This document shows, piece by piece, positions 1 to 9,271 of a DNA stretch of 64,000 nt. How positions within the stretch are numbered: position 1 is the stretch's first letter; each line of letters begins with the position of its first letter. The DNA comes from an uncultured bacterium. GTDB taxonomy: Bacteria; Deinococcota; Deinococci; Deinococcales; Trueperaceae. Location: positions 9,025 to 73,024 of the forward strand of contig CAZLQH010000003.1 in NCBI GenBank assembly GCA_964561595.1. The letters are read 5' to 3'. Made by a program: the position numbers and the translations under genes. The notes below the pieces were generated by a model. The model had not been told where the DNA came from and did no database searches. It saw only the letters and a program-made list of their open reading frames with translations.

Positions 1-523
1 CGACGAAGCCGTACATTTCGGGCGGCGCGTGGAGCGCCTCGACGGCGGCTTCGATGGCGGCGAAGGTGGTCGGCGCCTCGAGTCCGGCCTCTTCGAACAG
101 GTCGGAACGGTAGATCAGCAGCTGCGTCCAGCCGTCGCTGGGCACCGCTGCGTAGCCGTTGGGCGTCTGCGTCAGGTTCAGCAGGCCTTGGGCGAACGTG
201 TCCGCGCCCAGCGCGTCGATCGTGGCGCTGGCGGCGTCGACGTCGAGGATGCCGGCCTCGGCCCAGCCGATCGTCTGGCTGACCGGGTGGTAGATGAGGT
301 CGGGCAGGTCGCCGGCCGAGAAGGCGGCGGTGATGCGGGTCGAGAGCTCGGACTCCTCGACCGGGATGACCTCGACGGAGATGCCGGTCTCGGCCAGGAA
401 GTCGGCGACGAGCGCTTCCTGAACCGCCATGCGCTCGGGTTGGACCTGGGTGGTCCACACCCGCAGCTGGGCGAAGGCCAGGCTGCAGGACAGGACGACG
501 AGGGTGACGAGGATGCGTTTCAT
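1..523 (-). CDS. Sugar-type ABC transporter substrate-binding protein (SBP family 1); C-terminal part lies outside the window
   Basis: Not in the ORF track because it runs off the edge. Reverse-strand ATG at 523..521 is preceded by GGAGGAAC. Translation MKRILVTLVVLSCSLAFAQLRVWTTQVQPERMAVQEALVADFLAETGISVEVIPV... shows a short signal peptide plus a typical SBP N-terminus. The ATG overlaps the stop of the upstream LacI-type gene (ATGA, 520-523). Confidence 0.8.
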   Translation of the reverse strand, partial: MKRILVTLVVLSCSLAFAQLRVWTTQVQPERMAVQEALVADFLAETGISVEVIPVEESELSTRITAAFSAGDLPDLIYHPVSQTIGWAEAGILDVDAASATIDALGADTFAQGLLNLTQTPNGYAAVPSDGWTQLLIYRSDLFEEAGLEAPTTFAAIEAAVEALHAPPEMYGFV

Positions 524-1566
524 GCGGGTTCCTCCTTGACGAGAGCGACGGGTTGCGGGCGGTCGTCCGAGTCGTGCCGGGTGGCGCGACGGTCGGCCAG
601 GGGGAAGAACGCGACGGAGGCGCGCTGGACCGGCTCGGGAACGAGCGTGCGCTCGCCCTGCCAGCCGTCGCCCGCGTCGGGCTCCAGGATGCGCTCGGCC
701 GCGACGCGTCCCATCTCGCGGCTGGGCTGCCGCACGGTGGTGAGGGCAGGGTCGAGGTAGGCGCTCCAGGGAAGATCGTCGAAGCCGATGACGGAGAGAT
801 CGTGGGGAAGCCGCAGCGCACGCTCGCGCGCCGCGGCGTAGAGGCCGACGGCGGTCCGGTCGTTCGAGCAGAGCACCGCGCTGAAGCCGCCGCGGCGCAG
901 CAGCTGCCGCCCCGCGTCCAGGCCGCCGGCCTCGCTGAAGTCCGCCTCCGCGACGGCGATCAGGCGCAGGCCGTGCTGCGGAGCCAGCTCGCGGAGCGCG
1001 GCCAGGCGCTCGCGTCCGTCGCGGCGCGGACCGGCCAGGTGCGCGATGTCCCGGTGGCCGTGATCGGCCAGGATCCGGAGCGCGGCGGCGATGCCGGCGC
1101 GGTTGTCGACGCGGACTTCGGGCAGCTCGGTACGTTCGTGCTCGGCGCCGACCAGCACGACCGGTGTGCCGCCGATGGCGTCGAGGATCTCGGCGTCGGG
1201 CAGCTGGCTGCCGATGAGCACGAGCCCGTCCACGCGCCTGGCGACGAGCATGCCCAGTCGGGCCCGCTCGCGCTCGGGCTCGCGGTGGTCGGTCACCACG
1301 ACCGCGTGCATGCCGCGCGCCTCGAGCGCGTCCTCGACGCCGCGCGCCACCGCGGCGTTGAGCGGTCCGACCAGGTCGGGAACCAGCACGCCGACGACGT
1401 CGCTGCGGCCGGTCACCAGGCCGCGCGCGACCTGGTTGGGCACGTACCCCAGATCACGCATCGCCCGTCGGACGGCGCGCGCGGTGGCGGGCCGTACGCT
1501 GGCGCCGTTCACGACGCGCGAGACGGTCGCGGTCGACACGCCGGCCTCACGGGCCACGTCGTGCAT
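520..1566 (-). CDS. LacI/GalR-family transcriptional regulator
   Basis: Part of ORF 520..1701(-). N-terminal HTH MHDVAREAGVSTATVSRVVNG followed by a periplasmic-binding-protein-like sugar-binding core. Start set at ATG 1566; an in-frame GTG at 1593 is an alternative. The stop overlaps the start of the downstream SBP gene. Confidence 0.85.
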   Translation of the reverse strand: MHDVAREAGVSTATVSRVVNGASVRPATARAVRRAMRDLGYVPNQVARGLVTGRSDVVGVLVPDLVGPLNAAVARGVEDALEARGMHAVVVTDHREPERERARLGMLVARRVDGLVLIGSQLPDAEILDAIGGTPVVLVGAEHERTELPEVRVDNRAGIAAALRILADHGHRDIAHLAGPRRDGRERLAALRELAPQHGLRLIAVAEADFSEAGGLDAGRQLLRRGGFSAVLCSNDRTAVGLYAAARERALRLPHDLSVIGFDDLPWSAYLDPALTTVRQPSREMGRVAAERILEPDAGDGWQGERTLVPEPVQRASVAFFPLADRRATRHDSDDRPQPVALVKEEPA

Positions 1567-1631
1567 GGTCGGTGCGCGTCCTCGCTCGCTCACGGTCCTC
1601 CGTCGCCTGCCCGAGGCGCGGACGCCTCGGA

Positions 1632-1645
1632 TGAAAACGTTTACA
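1632..1645. promoter_or_regulatory. Candidate LacI-family operator TGAAAACGTTTACA
   Basis: Near-perfect 14-bp palindrome matching the generic LacI/GalR/CcpA operator pattern TGnAAnCGnTTnCA. It lies 66-79 nt upstream of the lacI-type start on the minus strand, just downstream of a possible promoter (TTGCGC-18 nt-CATACT, plus-strand coordinates 1659-1688). A CCGAGGCG-N4-CGCCTCGG hairpin sits at 1611-1630. Confidence 0.55.
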
Positions 1646-1833
1646 TTTCCGTATCCGCAGTATGGCGCGGGGAGGCCACTCGGCGCAACCCGCCAGGACA
1701 CCGCGACGACGCCGCGCCGATGCCGCGACGACGACGCGCCGACGCGGCGCGCACGTCGGGCGCGCGAACGGGCGTGCTCAGAAGGGAACGGGCGCGTCAG
1801 AACGGCGGACGCGCGCGTCGCTCAGCGGGCCGG

Positions 1834-2466
1834 TCAGGCGTCCCACTCGAGGATCAGCAGCACCAGCCCCTCGCGCACGTCGACGACCAGCCGGTCGTGC
1901 GCGACGTTGGAGAGGCCCAGCCCCACGCCGCGCGGAAGCTCCGCATCGGTCAGCGGGTAGTCGGCCCCGGCCACGTCGACCCGTGACCGCTCGGCGACCG
2001 ACAGCAGGCTGAACACGGTGCCGTGCGGGACCTCGCCTGCGAAGCGGGCGCCCGCGGGCAGCGGGTAGGCGTCGTGGATCCCGTCCAGGAGAGACATCTC
2101 CACGCCCTGCTCGGCGTAGCGGGCGGCGATCCAGGCGGTCGCCAGCGTCTGGTCGAAGCGCCCCCCGAACGCGCCGATCACCCGGACGCTGTCCGCGCCG
2201 CGTGCCAGCGCCGCCTCGATCGCGAGCTCGAGGTCGAGGGCGTCCTTGTCGCGCGGGTGCTGCTCGGTCGGAACGTCGGGCCACACCTGCAGATCCTCGT
2301 CGCGGACCGAGTCCAGATCGCCCACCAGCAGGTCCGGCACGACCCCCAGCGGGATCGCGTGACGGAGCCCGCCGTCCGCCGCGACCACCAGGTCCGCCTC
2401 GCCGACCTTGCGCAGCAGGCGCGGGCTGGGACGCAACGGACCGCCCGCCAGCACCAGCGCGATCAC
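1834..2466 (-). CDS. thiN: Thiamine pyrophosphokinase
   Basis: Part of ORF 1834..2586(-). VIALVLAGGP...VVAADGGL...LVGDLDS...KDALDLELAI pattern of TPK catalytic plus thiamine-binding domains. The GTG start at 2466 overlaps the TGA of the upstream ABC ATPase (GTGA, 2463-2466). Confidence 0.85.
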   Translation of the reverse strand: MIALVLAGGPLRPSPRLLRKVGEADLVVAADGGLRHAIPLGVVPDLLVGDLDSVRDEDLQVWPDVPTEQHPRDKDALDLELAIEAALARGADSVRVIGAFGGRFDQTLATAWIAARYAEQGVEMSLLDGIHDAYPLPAGARFAGEVPHGTVFSLLSVAERSRVDVAGADYPLTDAELPRGVGLGLSNVAHDRLVVDVREGLVLLILEWDA

Positions 2467-3464
2467 CCCTCCACCTCGAGCACCGTCCAGGCGTCGTCGG
2501 GAACGCGCAGCCGGATCGTGTCTCCCGGCTCCGGGGGTTCCCGGAGCTCGCGGGGACGGGCCTGCCAGCGAACGCTCAGCCCCCACTGGGGCGAGGTCAG
2601 CGCCAGCTCCAGATCGGTCCCGACGCGGTGCACGCGCTGGACCTCGAACACGTGACCGTCCGGATCGGGACGCAGCCGCTCGACCCGCAGCAACGTCGTG
2701 CCCGCGAACCCCAGCTCCTTCGCCTGGCCGGCCGGGATCAGCTCGCGCAGGCCCAGGAAGCGCGCCATCCAGGCGCTGCGCGGCGCCTCGACCAGCTCGT
2801 CCGGCGTGCCCTCCTGCACGATCCGGCCGTCGTGCATCACCGCGACCCGGTCGGCCAGCGCGAACGCCTCGTTCTGATCGTGCGTGACGTGGATCGCCTG
2901 GACGTCCAGCTCGCCCAGCAGCTCGGCGAGCTCGTCCATCAGCTCGTCGCGCAGCGTCCGGTCCAGGTTGCTCAGCGGCTCGTCGAGCAGCAGCAGCGCA
3001 GGGCGCGGAGCCAGCGCACGGGCCAGCGCGACCCGCTGCTGCTGACCGCCCGACAGCGCCTGCGGGCGACGCCGCTCGAGACCCGTCAGCCCCATGACGT
3101 CCAGCAGCTCGCGGACCCTCGCCTCGCGTTCGTTCCGCGACCAGCCACGCTCCACCAGGCCGAACGCGACGTTGTCCTTCAGCGACAGGTGCGGGAACAG
3201 CGCGTAGTCCTGGAACACCATGCCGACGCCCCGTCGCTGCGGCGGAACGCCGCTCAGGTCACGCCCGTCCATGCGCAGCGATCCGGCGTCGGGCGGCTCG
3301 AGGCCGGCCACCACGCGGAGCAGCGTCGATTTCCCGCACCCCGAGGGGCCCAGGAGCGCCAGCGTCCGACCGGGCGGAACGACCAGATCGACGCCGTCGA
3401 CGGCGCGCACCTCGCCGTAGTGCCGTGCCACGCCGGACAGTTCGAGAGCCACGCGCGGCATCAT
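2463..3464 (-). CDS. thiQ: ABC transporter ATP-binding protein (thiamine importer, ThiQ-like, with C-terminal TOBE-like extension)
   Basis: Inside ORF 2463..4163(-). Start at ATG 3464 (MMPRVALELSGV...). Walker A GPSGCGKST, signature LSGGQQQRV, Walker B LLLLDEP, H-loop HVTHD. The thiamine assignment rests on operon context (thiP-like permease, TPK, riboswitch-controlled thiB). Confidence 0.85.
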   Translation of the reverse strand: MMPRVALELSGVARHYGEVRAVDGVDLVVPPGRTLALLGPSGCGKSTLLRVVAGLEPPDAGSLRMDGRDLSGVPPQRRGVGMVFQDYALFPHLSLKDNVAFGLVERGWSRNEREARVRELLDVMGLTGLERRRPQALSGGQQQRVALARALAPRPALLLLDEPLSNLDRTLRDELMDELAELLGELDVQAIHVTHDQNEAFALADRVAVMHDGRIVQEGTPDELVEAPRSAWMARFLGLRELIPAGQAKELGFAGTTLLRVERLRPDPDGHVFEVQRVHRVGTDLELALTSPQWGLSVRWQARPRELREPPEPGDTIRLRVPDDAWTVLEVEG

Positions 3465-3505
3465 ACCCGCGGCCGTACCGCGTCTCGACCCCGATCTTCG
3501 GGGGC

Positions 3506-5089
3506 TCAGATCTCGCCCGGACCGCCCAGCCGGTCCAGCAGCGCCATGATCATCGCCGTCAGCGCCATCAGGAGCAGCGCCAGCACCAGCGCCGCCGCGT
3601 AGTTCTCGGCGCCCGGCCGCCCCAGGCGCTGGTAGATCGCGATCGGCAGCGTCGCCAGCTCGGGCCGGCTCAGCACCAGCGCCGCGCCGAACTCGCCCAG
3701 CGACACCGCCACCGCGAAGCCGGCGCCGCCGATCAGGCCCGGTACCAGCGCCGGCAGGTCCACCCGCAGCGCGCGCCGCCACGGTCCCGCGCCCAGCACC
3801 GCCGCGGCTGCGGAGCGCGAGGGGGGGATTCCGCGCAGCGACGGCAGCACCGCCCGCGTCACGAACGGCGTTCCGATCAGCGCGTGCGCCAGCGCCAAGC
3901 CCCAGAACGTGCCGGTCAGCGCCGGCCAGGCAAGCAGGAAGCCCAGTCCCAGGGTGACGGCGCTGGTCGCCAGCGGCAGCAGGCTGGCCCGGTCCAGGAA
4001 GCGCCAGTCGGCCCGCACCACCGCGTACGCCAGCGCCGTGCCCACCACGGTCGCGACCAGGCCCGAGGCGCCCGCGAAGCGGAGCGAGTTCCAGGTGGCG
4101 TCCCAGGCGCTCACGACGCCCAGCAGACCGCTGGGCGCGAACGCCGCGCGCCAACCGATCCACGAGATCCCCTCCGCCCCGGGCGGCACGACCGAGCGGA
4201 TCGCGAGCGCGACCAGCGGCGCCGCCGTCAGCAGCGCCGGCGGCGCCAGCGTCAGGGCCAGCAGCCAGCGGCCCCCCCGGCCCGGTCGCGGGAGCGGACC
4301 CGCGCCGCCCAGCGGGACCGCGGCGCGGGCCTGCAGCGCCGTGTAGACGCCGCCCGCGGCCATCGCCACGACCAGCTGCAGCAGCGCGAGCGCCGCGGCG
4401 GTATCGAGCCGCAGCAGCCGCGCCACGCTGCGGTAGATCTCGACCTCCAGGGTGTCCCAGGCGCCGCCGGGCGCCAGGATCAGGATCACCCCGAACGAGG
4501 TGAAGCAGAACACGAACACCAACGCCGCCGCCGCCAGGATCGCCGGCGCCGCCAGGGGAAGCGTGACGCGCAGCGTCGTCCTGAGCGGCCCCGCGCCCAA
4601 TGTCGCCGCGGCGTCGCGAAGCCGGGGCGCGGCCGACTCCAGGAAGCCGCCCACCATCCGCACGACGACCGCATGGTTGTAGAACACGTGCGCCAGCAGC
4701 ACCAGCGTCAGGGTGTCCATCAGGTCGACCCCCAGCGCCCCGCCCGGTCCCAGCAGCGCCAGGAATCCCGCCCCCGCCACGACGGACGGCATCACGAACG
4801 GCACGGTGAACAGCGCCCGCAAGATCCGCTTGCCGGGGAACGACCAGCGCGCGAACGCCAGCGCGCCGGGAAGCCCGATCGCGACGGTGAGCACCGTCGA
4901 GAGCGTCGCCTGGAGCAGCGTGAGGCCCAGCCGCTCGCGCAGGAACGGGTCGGTGGCCAGCTCGCGCGCCGTGGCCAGCGGCTCCGCGCCGAGGCCGCGG
5001 GCCACCACGGCGACGAGGGGCACGATCAGGAGAAGCGCCAGGAAGAGCGACGCGAGGAGACCGCCGAGCCGGCCGGGGGAGAGGCGCAC
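3506..5089 (-). CDS. thiP: ABC transporter permease with duplicated transmembrane domains (ThiP-like)
   Basis: ORF 3506..5116(-), 536 aa in the track, about 12 predicted TM segments in two repeats as in ThiP/FbpB-type permeases. I place the start at GTG 5089 because a TAGACT -10 hexamer (minus strand, 5102..5097) sits 7 nt upstream. ATG 5116 is the longest-ORF alternative. Confidence 0.85.
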   Translation of the reverse strand: MRLSPGRLGGLLASLFLALLLIVPLVAVVARGLGAEPLATARELATDPFLRERLGLTLLQATLSTVLTVAIGLPGALAFARWSFPGKRILRALFTVPFVMPSVVAGAGFLALLGPGGALGVDLMDTLTLVLLAHVFYNHAVVVRMVGGFLESAAPRLRDAAATLGAGPLRTTLRVTLPLAAPAILAAAALVFVFCFTSFGVILILAPGGAWDTLEVEIYRSVARLLRLDTAAALALLQLVVAMAAGGVYTALQARAAVPLGGAGPLPRPGRGGRWLLALTLAPPALLTAAPLVALAIRSVVPPGAEGISWIGWRAAFAPSGLLGVVSAWDATWNSLRFAGASGLVATVVGTALAYAVVRADWRFLDRASLLPLATSAVTLGLGFLLAWPALTGTFWGLALAHALIGTPFVTRAVLPSLRGIPPSRSAAAAVLGAGPWRRALRVDLPALVPGLIGGAGFAVAVSLGEFGAALVLSRPELATLPIAIYQRLGRPGAENYAAALVLALLLMALTAMIMALLDRLGGPGEI

Positions 5090-5096
5090 GCCCACG

Positions 5097-5116
5097 AGTC
5101 TAGCGCCAGGTAGCAT
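5097..5116. promoter_or_regulatory. Back-to-back -10 hexamers for two divergent leaderless genes
   Basis: TAGACT on the minus strand (5102..5097) lies 7 nt before thiP GTG 5089. TAGCAT on the plus strand (5111..5116) lies 5 nt before AEC GTG 5122. No Shine-Dalgarno sequence precedes either start. Confidence 0.45.
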
Positions 5117-5121
5117 GCCGG

Positions 5122-6048
5122 GTGCCTGCGTCCCTGAAGCTGCTCGTCGACGTCGTGTCGCCGGTGTTCGCGGTCATCCTCGTCGGCGGCCTGGTCGGGG
5201 GCTGGTTCCGCCTGGACGTGCGCCACGTCAACCGCCTCGCCCTGTACGCCGCCGTGCCCGCCCTGGCGTTCCGCGCCATGGCCGAGCTGGCGCTGGGCGA
5301 GATTCCCGCGCTGCGCCTGCTGGCCGGCTACGGCCTCTTCCTCCTCGCCGCGGCCGGCCTCGCCGCGCTGGCAGGCGCACGGCTTCCCGGCTCCGCCCGG
5401 CGCGCGCTGATCGGCACCAGCGTGCTGGGGAACGCCGCGAACCTGAACCTGCCCGTCGCGCTGTTCGCGTTCGGACCCGCGGGACTGGACCGGGCGCTGA
5501 TCCTCTACCTGGCCACCTCGCTGCTGATGTTCACGATCGGGCCCGGCCTGCTGGGCGCGGCGGTGTCGCCCGGACGCGCGCTCCGCACCGTCCTCGCGTT
5601 CCCCGTGCTGTGGGCCACGCTCGCGGGGCTGCTGGTCAACGGCGCCGGCCTCGGCCTGCCGCTCGCCGCCGAGCGCGCGGTGGACCTCCTGGCCGACGCG
5701 GCCATCCCGATGGTGCTGCTCACGCTGGGCGTGCAGCTGGCGCGCGCCGGCCGCCACTGGCCCAGCGGCCGGGCGTGGGCGGGCGTGGCGCTGAAGCTGG
5801 GGGCCGGACCGTTCCTGGCGGCCGGCGCGGGCCTGGCGCTGGGGCTGACCGGGCTGGACCTCGCGATCCTCGTCCTGATCGGCGCGATGCCGACCGCGGT
5901 GAACGCCGCGATGCTCGCGATCGAGTTCGGCGGCGACGCCCGCCAGGTGGGCGACACGGTGGTGGCCGGCACCGCGACGGCGCTGATCACGTTGCCGCTG
6001 GTGCTCAGCGTGCTCTCGGGCCTGGTCGGCGGCGCACCGCCGGGGTAG
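5122..6048 (+). CDS. Auxin efflux carrier (AEC) family membrane transporter
   Basis: ORF 5122..6048(+), 308 aa, GTG start. About 10 hydrophobic segments; N- and C-terminal repeats typical of AEC/Mem_trans proteins (LLVDVVSPVFAVILVG..., GAMPTAVNAAMLA). Confidence 0.85.
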   Translation: MPASLKLLVDVVSPVFAVILVGGLVGGWFRLDVRHVNRLALYAAVPALAFRAMAELALGEIPALRLLAGYGLFLLAAAGLAALAGARLPGSARRALIGTSVLGNAANLNLPVALFAFGPAGLDRALILYLATSLLMFTIGPGLLGAAVSPGRALRTVLAFPVLWATLAGLLVNGAGLGLPLAAERAVDLLADAAIPMVLLTLGVQLARAGRHWPSGRAWAGVALKLGAGPFLAAGAGLALGLTGLDLAILVLIGAMPTAVNAAMLAIEFGGDARQVGDTVVAGTATALITLPLVLSVLSGLVGGAPPG

Positions 6049-6049
6049 C

Positions 6050-9000
6050 GTGCCCGCCATGACGGATCCGCCCCGCCACGACGGCGCAGCGCTCCTGGAC
6101 GTGATCGCACGCGTCGAGCGGGCGATCGCCTCCCGCCAGCATCCGGTCAGCGGCCTGCTCCCCGCATCGACCGCCGTGACCCGTCACGGCGACTACACCC
6201 ACGCCTGGGTACGCGACGGGGTGTACAGCATCCTGGCCGTCTGGGGCGCGGCGCGCGCCGCGCGTTCGGCCGGCCTGGAGGGCGGCCGCGTGCGCGAGCT
6301 CGAGCAGCGCACCATCGCGCTCATGCGTGGCCTGCTCCGTTCGATGATGGCGCAGGCCGATCGCGTCGAGCGCTTCAAGCAGAGTCAGGACCCCCTCGAC
6401 GCGCTCCACGCCAAGATCGATACCGCGTCCGGGACTCCGGTGGTTGCCGACGACGCGTGGGGGCATCTCCAGCTGGACGCCACCGGCCTGTTCCTGCTCA
6501 CGCTGGCGCAGATGACCGCCGGCGGCCTGCCGGTGGTGGCGACGCGCGACGAGGTGGCGTTCGTGCAGAACCTCGTCTGGTACGTGGCGCGCGCCCACAG
6601 GACGCCCGACTACGGCATCTGGGAGCGCGGCGACAAGACGAATCACGGACGTCCCGAGATCAACGCCAGCTCCGTGGCGCTGTGCAAGGCGGCGCTCGAG
6701 GCGCTCGACGGCCTGGACCTGTTCGGGGCCGAGGGGTCGCAAGCGTCCGTGATCCACGTGCTGCCCGACGACGTCGCCCGCGCCCGCGTCACGCTGGCTG
6801 CCCTCCTCCCGCGCGAGTCCGCCTCGAAGGAGACGGACGCCGCGCTGCTGAGCGCCGTGGGCTGGCCCGCCTTCGCCGTCGACGATCCCGAGCTCGTGGA
6901 GCGGACCCGGGAGACGATCGTTCGCGTCCTGGACGGTCGCTATGGGATGAAGCGCTTCCTGCGGGACGGCCACCAGACGCCGCTCGAGGAGGAGGGGCGC
7001 CTGCACTACGAGCCCGAGGAGCTCGCACGGTTCGCGGGGATCGAGTCCGAGTGGCCGCTGTTCCACGCCTTCGCCGGTCTCGAGGCCGCGTTCCGTGGCG
7101 ACTGGGACGCGGCGCGCGCCTACCGCGAGCGGCTGACGCGGGCGGCGGTTCCCGTTGGGGACGATGCGGTTCTCCCCGAGCTGTACCGCGTGCCCGAAGG
7201 CGACGTGGACGCCGAGCGCGCCGCGCCGGGATCCGCCGTCCGCGTCCCCGGCGAGAACGTTCCGCTGGTCTGGGCCGAGAGCCTGCGGGCGTTGCTGGAC
7301 CTTCTGCTCGCAGGCGCGATCCGCACCGACCAGCTCGACCCGCTGGGGCGTCACCGCCGGCGCGCGCCCGGGGGCGCGCGGGTGCAGGTCGCCGTCGTCG
7401 CCGAGGACGAGGCGGTCCGCGCGCAGCTGCACGAGCGGGGCGTGCCGGCCGAGCGGATGGGCGCCCTGGGCGACGCCCGCCTGGTCCGCGCCGCCGACGT
7501 GTCGACCGCGTACGAGCGGGTCGGGCGCCACGACGGTCTGGGGCTCACGGGACGGCCGCGGACGCGGCTGGGGAGCTTGGCGAGCGCCCGCCTCTATCGC
7601 CTGGCCGGGGCGCGCCTGGCGGTGGTGCCCGCGTTCCTGGACCGGGCCGAGTTCTACCTGGCGCTCGATCCGGACGACCTGCTACAGCGCCTGCGCGCCG
7701 AGCTCCGCTACCTGTCGCGGCACTGGACGCTGCCGGGGCGCCCCACCCTCGTTCTCTGGGTACCCCGCGACCTCCTGCAGCACGGCGAGGCGGAGCTGCT
7801 CCGCTTCGTGCGCGAGGCCGCAGCCGGCGAGGTGGACGGCGTGCCGGTCGTGCTCGGACCGCTGTCGCGCCTCGCGTTGTCGGCCAACGAGGAGCGGATC
7901 GACGACCTCGACGACTGGCGACCCGCCGAACGGCCCCTGGACGACGCCCAGCGGCGCGGGCGCGTGGCCCTGACGCCGACGGGTCCGAACGTGCCGCTGT
8001 CGCCCGAGGAGGAGCTCGCGATCGAGCTCACCGCCGACACGGACGAGCTCAGCGCGCGCCTCCGCGCCTCGACGAACGCGTACGAGCAGGCCGAGCTGCT
8101 CACCGAGCTGAGCGAGCGCCAGGGGACCGACGCGGTCCTCTGGCGCGGCGACGACGGTCCCGTCACGGTCGCGGCGCTGCTGAGCGAGCTGTACGACCGG
8201 GCCGGCGATCTGCGGCTGTGGGGCGTCGTCCGGCTGGGCGCCGCCCTGCTCGAGATGGTCGAGCCCACCCTGTCCGACGCGGCCGCGGACCTGCTGGCCG
8301 CCCAGAAGCGCCTGCTGGTGGGGAAGGCGTACGCCGACGAGGCCACCGTCGACCGCCCGCTCCCCCAAGCCGAGCTGCTCGGCCTGATCCGGCGGTTCTG
8401 CCGCGAGGACGTCCGCGACCGGGTGCTGACCCAGGAGCTGATCGTCGCGCTGGCCGGCCTGCTGCGCGAGGATCCGGAACGGTTCGAGGGCATCCGCACG
8501 TTGCGCCTGGGTCACCTGACGCTGCTGCTGGCCTCCGAGCTGGCGCACGAGGCGGACGTCCCGCAGGACGAGGGATACGAGCGCCTGGCGTCGCTGCCGC
8601 CCAGCGAGGTCCGTCGGCGGCTGCGTCGCCTGCTGCACGGCGACGAGCGGCGGTTCGACCGGCTGCTCGAGCGGCAGGAGCGTCTCGCGGCGCGCCTGCC
8701 CAGCGGCGCCGCGCCGTGGGAGAGCGTGACGACCGTGGGCGACGACGGTCCGGCCGCGCCGCCTGCCGCGGGCTGGTGGCGATGGCGCCAGCGCGAGGGA
8801 GCGCTGGCCCGCCTGCCCGACGGCTTCGCCCGGCGCGCATGGGACCTGCTACGGCGCTGCGACGGCCTGGTGATCGGCGACAAGCTCGAGCGCCGCAACC
8901 GCCTGGACAGCCGCCGCATCACGGGCGAGAGCACCGCGGGCGAGCTCAACTTCGCGCTGCGCGTCGAGCACCTGCTCCACAAGATCCCCAGCCCCGAGTA

Positions 9001-9271
9001 CCGCCAGGTGACGGTCGAGGCGATCCTGGAGCTGTCGCGACTGTTCGCCGCGTCGCCCGATCTTCGCGTGCGGGGCTCGCTGGTGATGGACGTCGTGGTC
9101 GGCCACGCGGTCCGGCGGGCGTGGCTCGGGGCCGGTCACGACGTCGCGGCGTACGAGCGCGACAAGGCGGCCGCCTGGGCCGCGTTCTACGACCTTCCGC
9201 CGGTCGCCACGCGGGAGGCGGTGCGCTCGGCGTTCGCCTCCCTGCTCGAGACGGGCGAGGCGGCCGACTAG
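6050..9271 (+). CDS. Phosphorylase kinase alpha/beta regulatory-subunit-like protein (glucoamylase/GH15-like N-terminal domain plus PHK-type C-terminal region)
   Basis: ORF 6050..9271(+), 1073 aa (GTG 6050; ATG 6059 is an alternative). Blocks recalled from animal PHKA/PHKB recur: HAWVRDGVYSILAVWG, WGHLQLDATG, GIWERGDKTN, INASSV, AALEALDGLDLFG, SVIHVL, GRYGMKRFLRDG, EWPLF, LPELYRVP, and C-terminally LNFALRVEHLLHKIPSPEYRQVTVEAILEL. Confidence 0.85.
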   Translation: MPAMTDPPRHDGAALLDVIARVERAIASRQHPVSGLLPASTAVTRHGDYTHAWVRDGVYSILAVWGAARAARSAGLEGGRVRELEQRTIALMRGLLRSMMAQADRVERFKQSQDPLDALHAKIDTASGTPVVADDAWGHLQLDATGLFLLTLAQMTAGGLPVVATRDEVAFVQNLVWYVARAHRTPDYGIWERGDKTNHGRPEINASSVALCKAALEALDGLDLFGAEGSQASVIHVLPDDVARARVTLAALLPRESASKETDAALLSAVGWPAFAVDDPELVERTRETIVRVLDGRYGMKRFLRDGHQTPLEEEGRLHYEPEELARFAGIESEWPLFHAFAGLEAAFRGDWDAARAYRERLTRAAVPVGDDAVLPELYRVPEGDVDAERAAPGSAVRVPGENVPLVWAESLRALLDLLLAGAIRTDQLDPLGRHRRRAPGGARVQVAVVAEDEAVRAQLHERGVPAERMGALGDARLVRAADVSTAYERVGRHDGLGLTGRPRTRLGSLASARLYRLAGARLAVVPAFLDRAEFYLALDPDDLLQRLRAELRYLSRHWTLPGRPTLVLWVPRDLLQHGEAELLRFVREAAAGEVDGVPVVLGPLSRLALSANEERIDDLDDWRPAERPLDDAQRRGRVALTPTGPNVPLSPEEELAIELTADTDELSARLRASTNAYEQAELLTELSERQGTDAVLWRGDDGPVTVAALLSELYDRAGDLRLWGVVRLGAALLEMVEPTLSDAAADLLAAQKRLLVGKAYADEATVDRPLPQAELLGLIRRFCREDVRDRVLTQELIVALAGLLREDPERFEGIRTLRLGHLTLLLASELAHEADVPQDEGYERLASLPPSEVRRRLRRLLHGDERRFDRLLERQERLAARLPSGAAPWESVTTVGDDGPAAPPAAGWWRWRQREGALARLPDGFARRAWDLLRRCDGLVIGDKLERRNRLDSRRITGESTAGELNFALRVEHLLHKIPSPEYRQVTVEAILELSRLFAASPDLRVRGSLVMDVVVGHAVRRAWLGAGHDVAAYERDKAAAWAAFYDLPPVATREAVRSAFASLLETGEAAD

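Noticed and set aside
29-760. ORF 29..760 (+, 243 aa) at the left edge.
   Set aside because: It is antisense to the solute-binding protein and LacI genes, which have clear signal-peptide, SBP and HTH signatures. Its composition is that of a shadow ORF.
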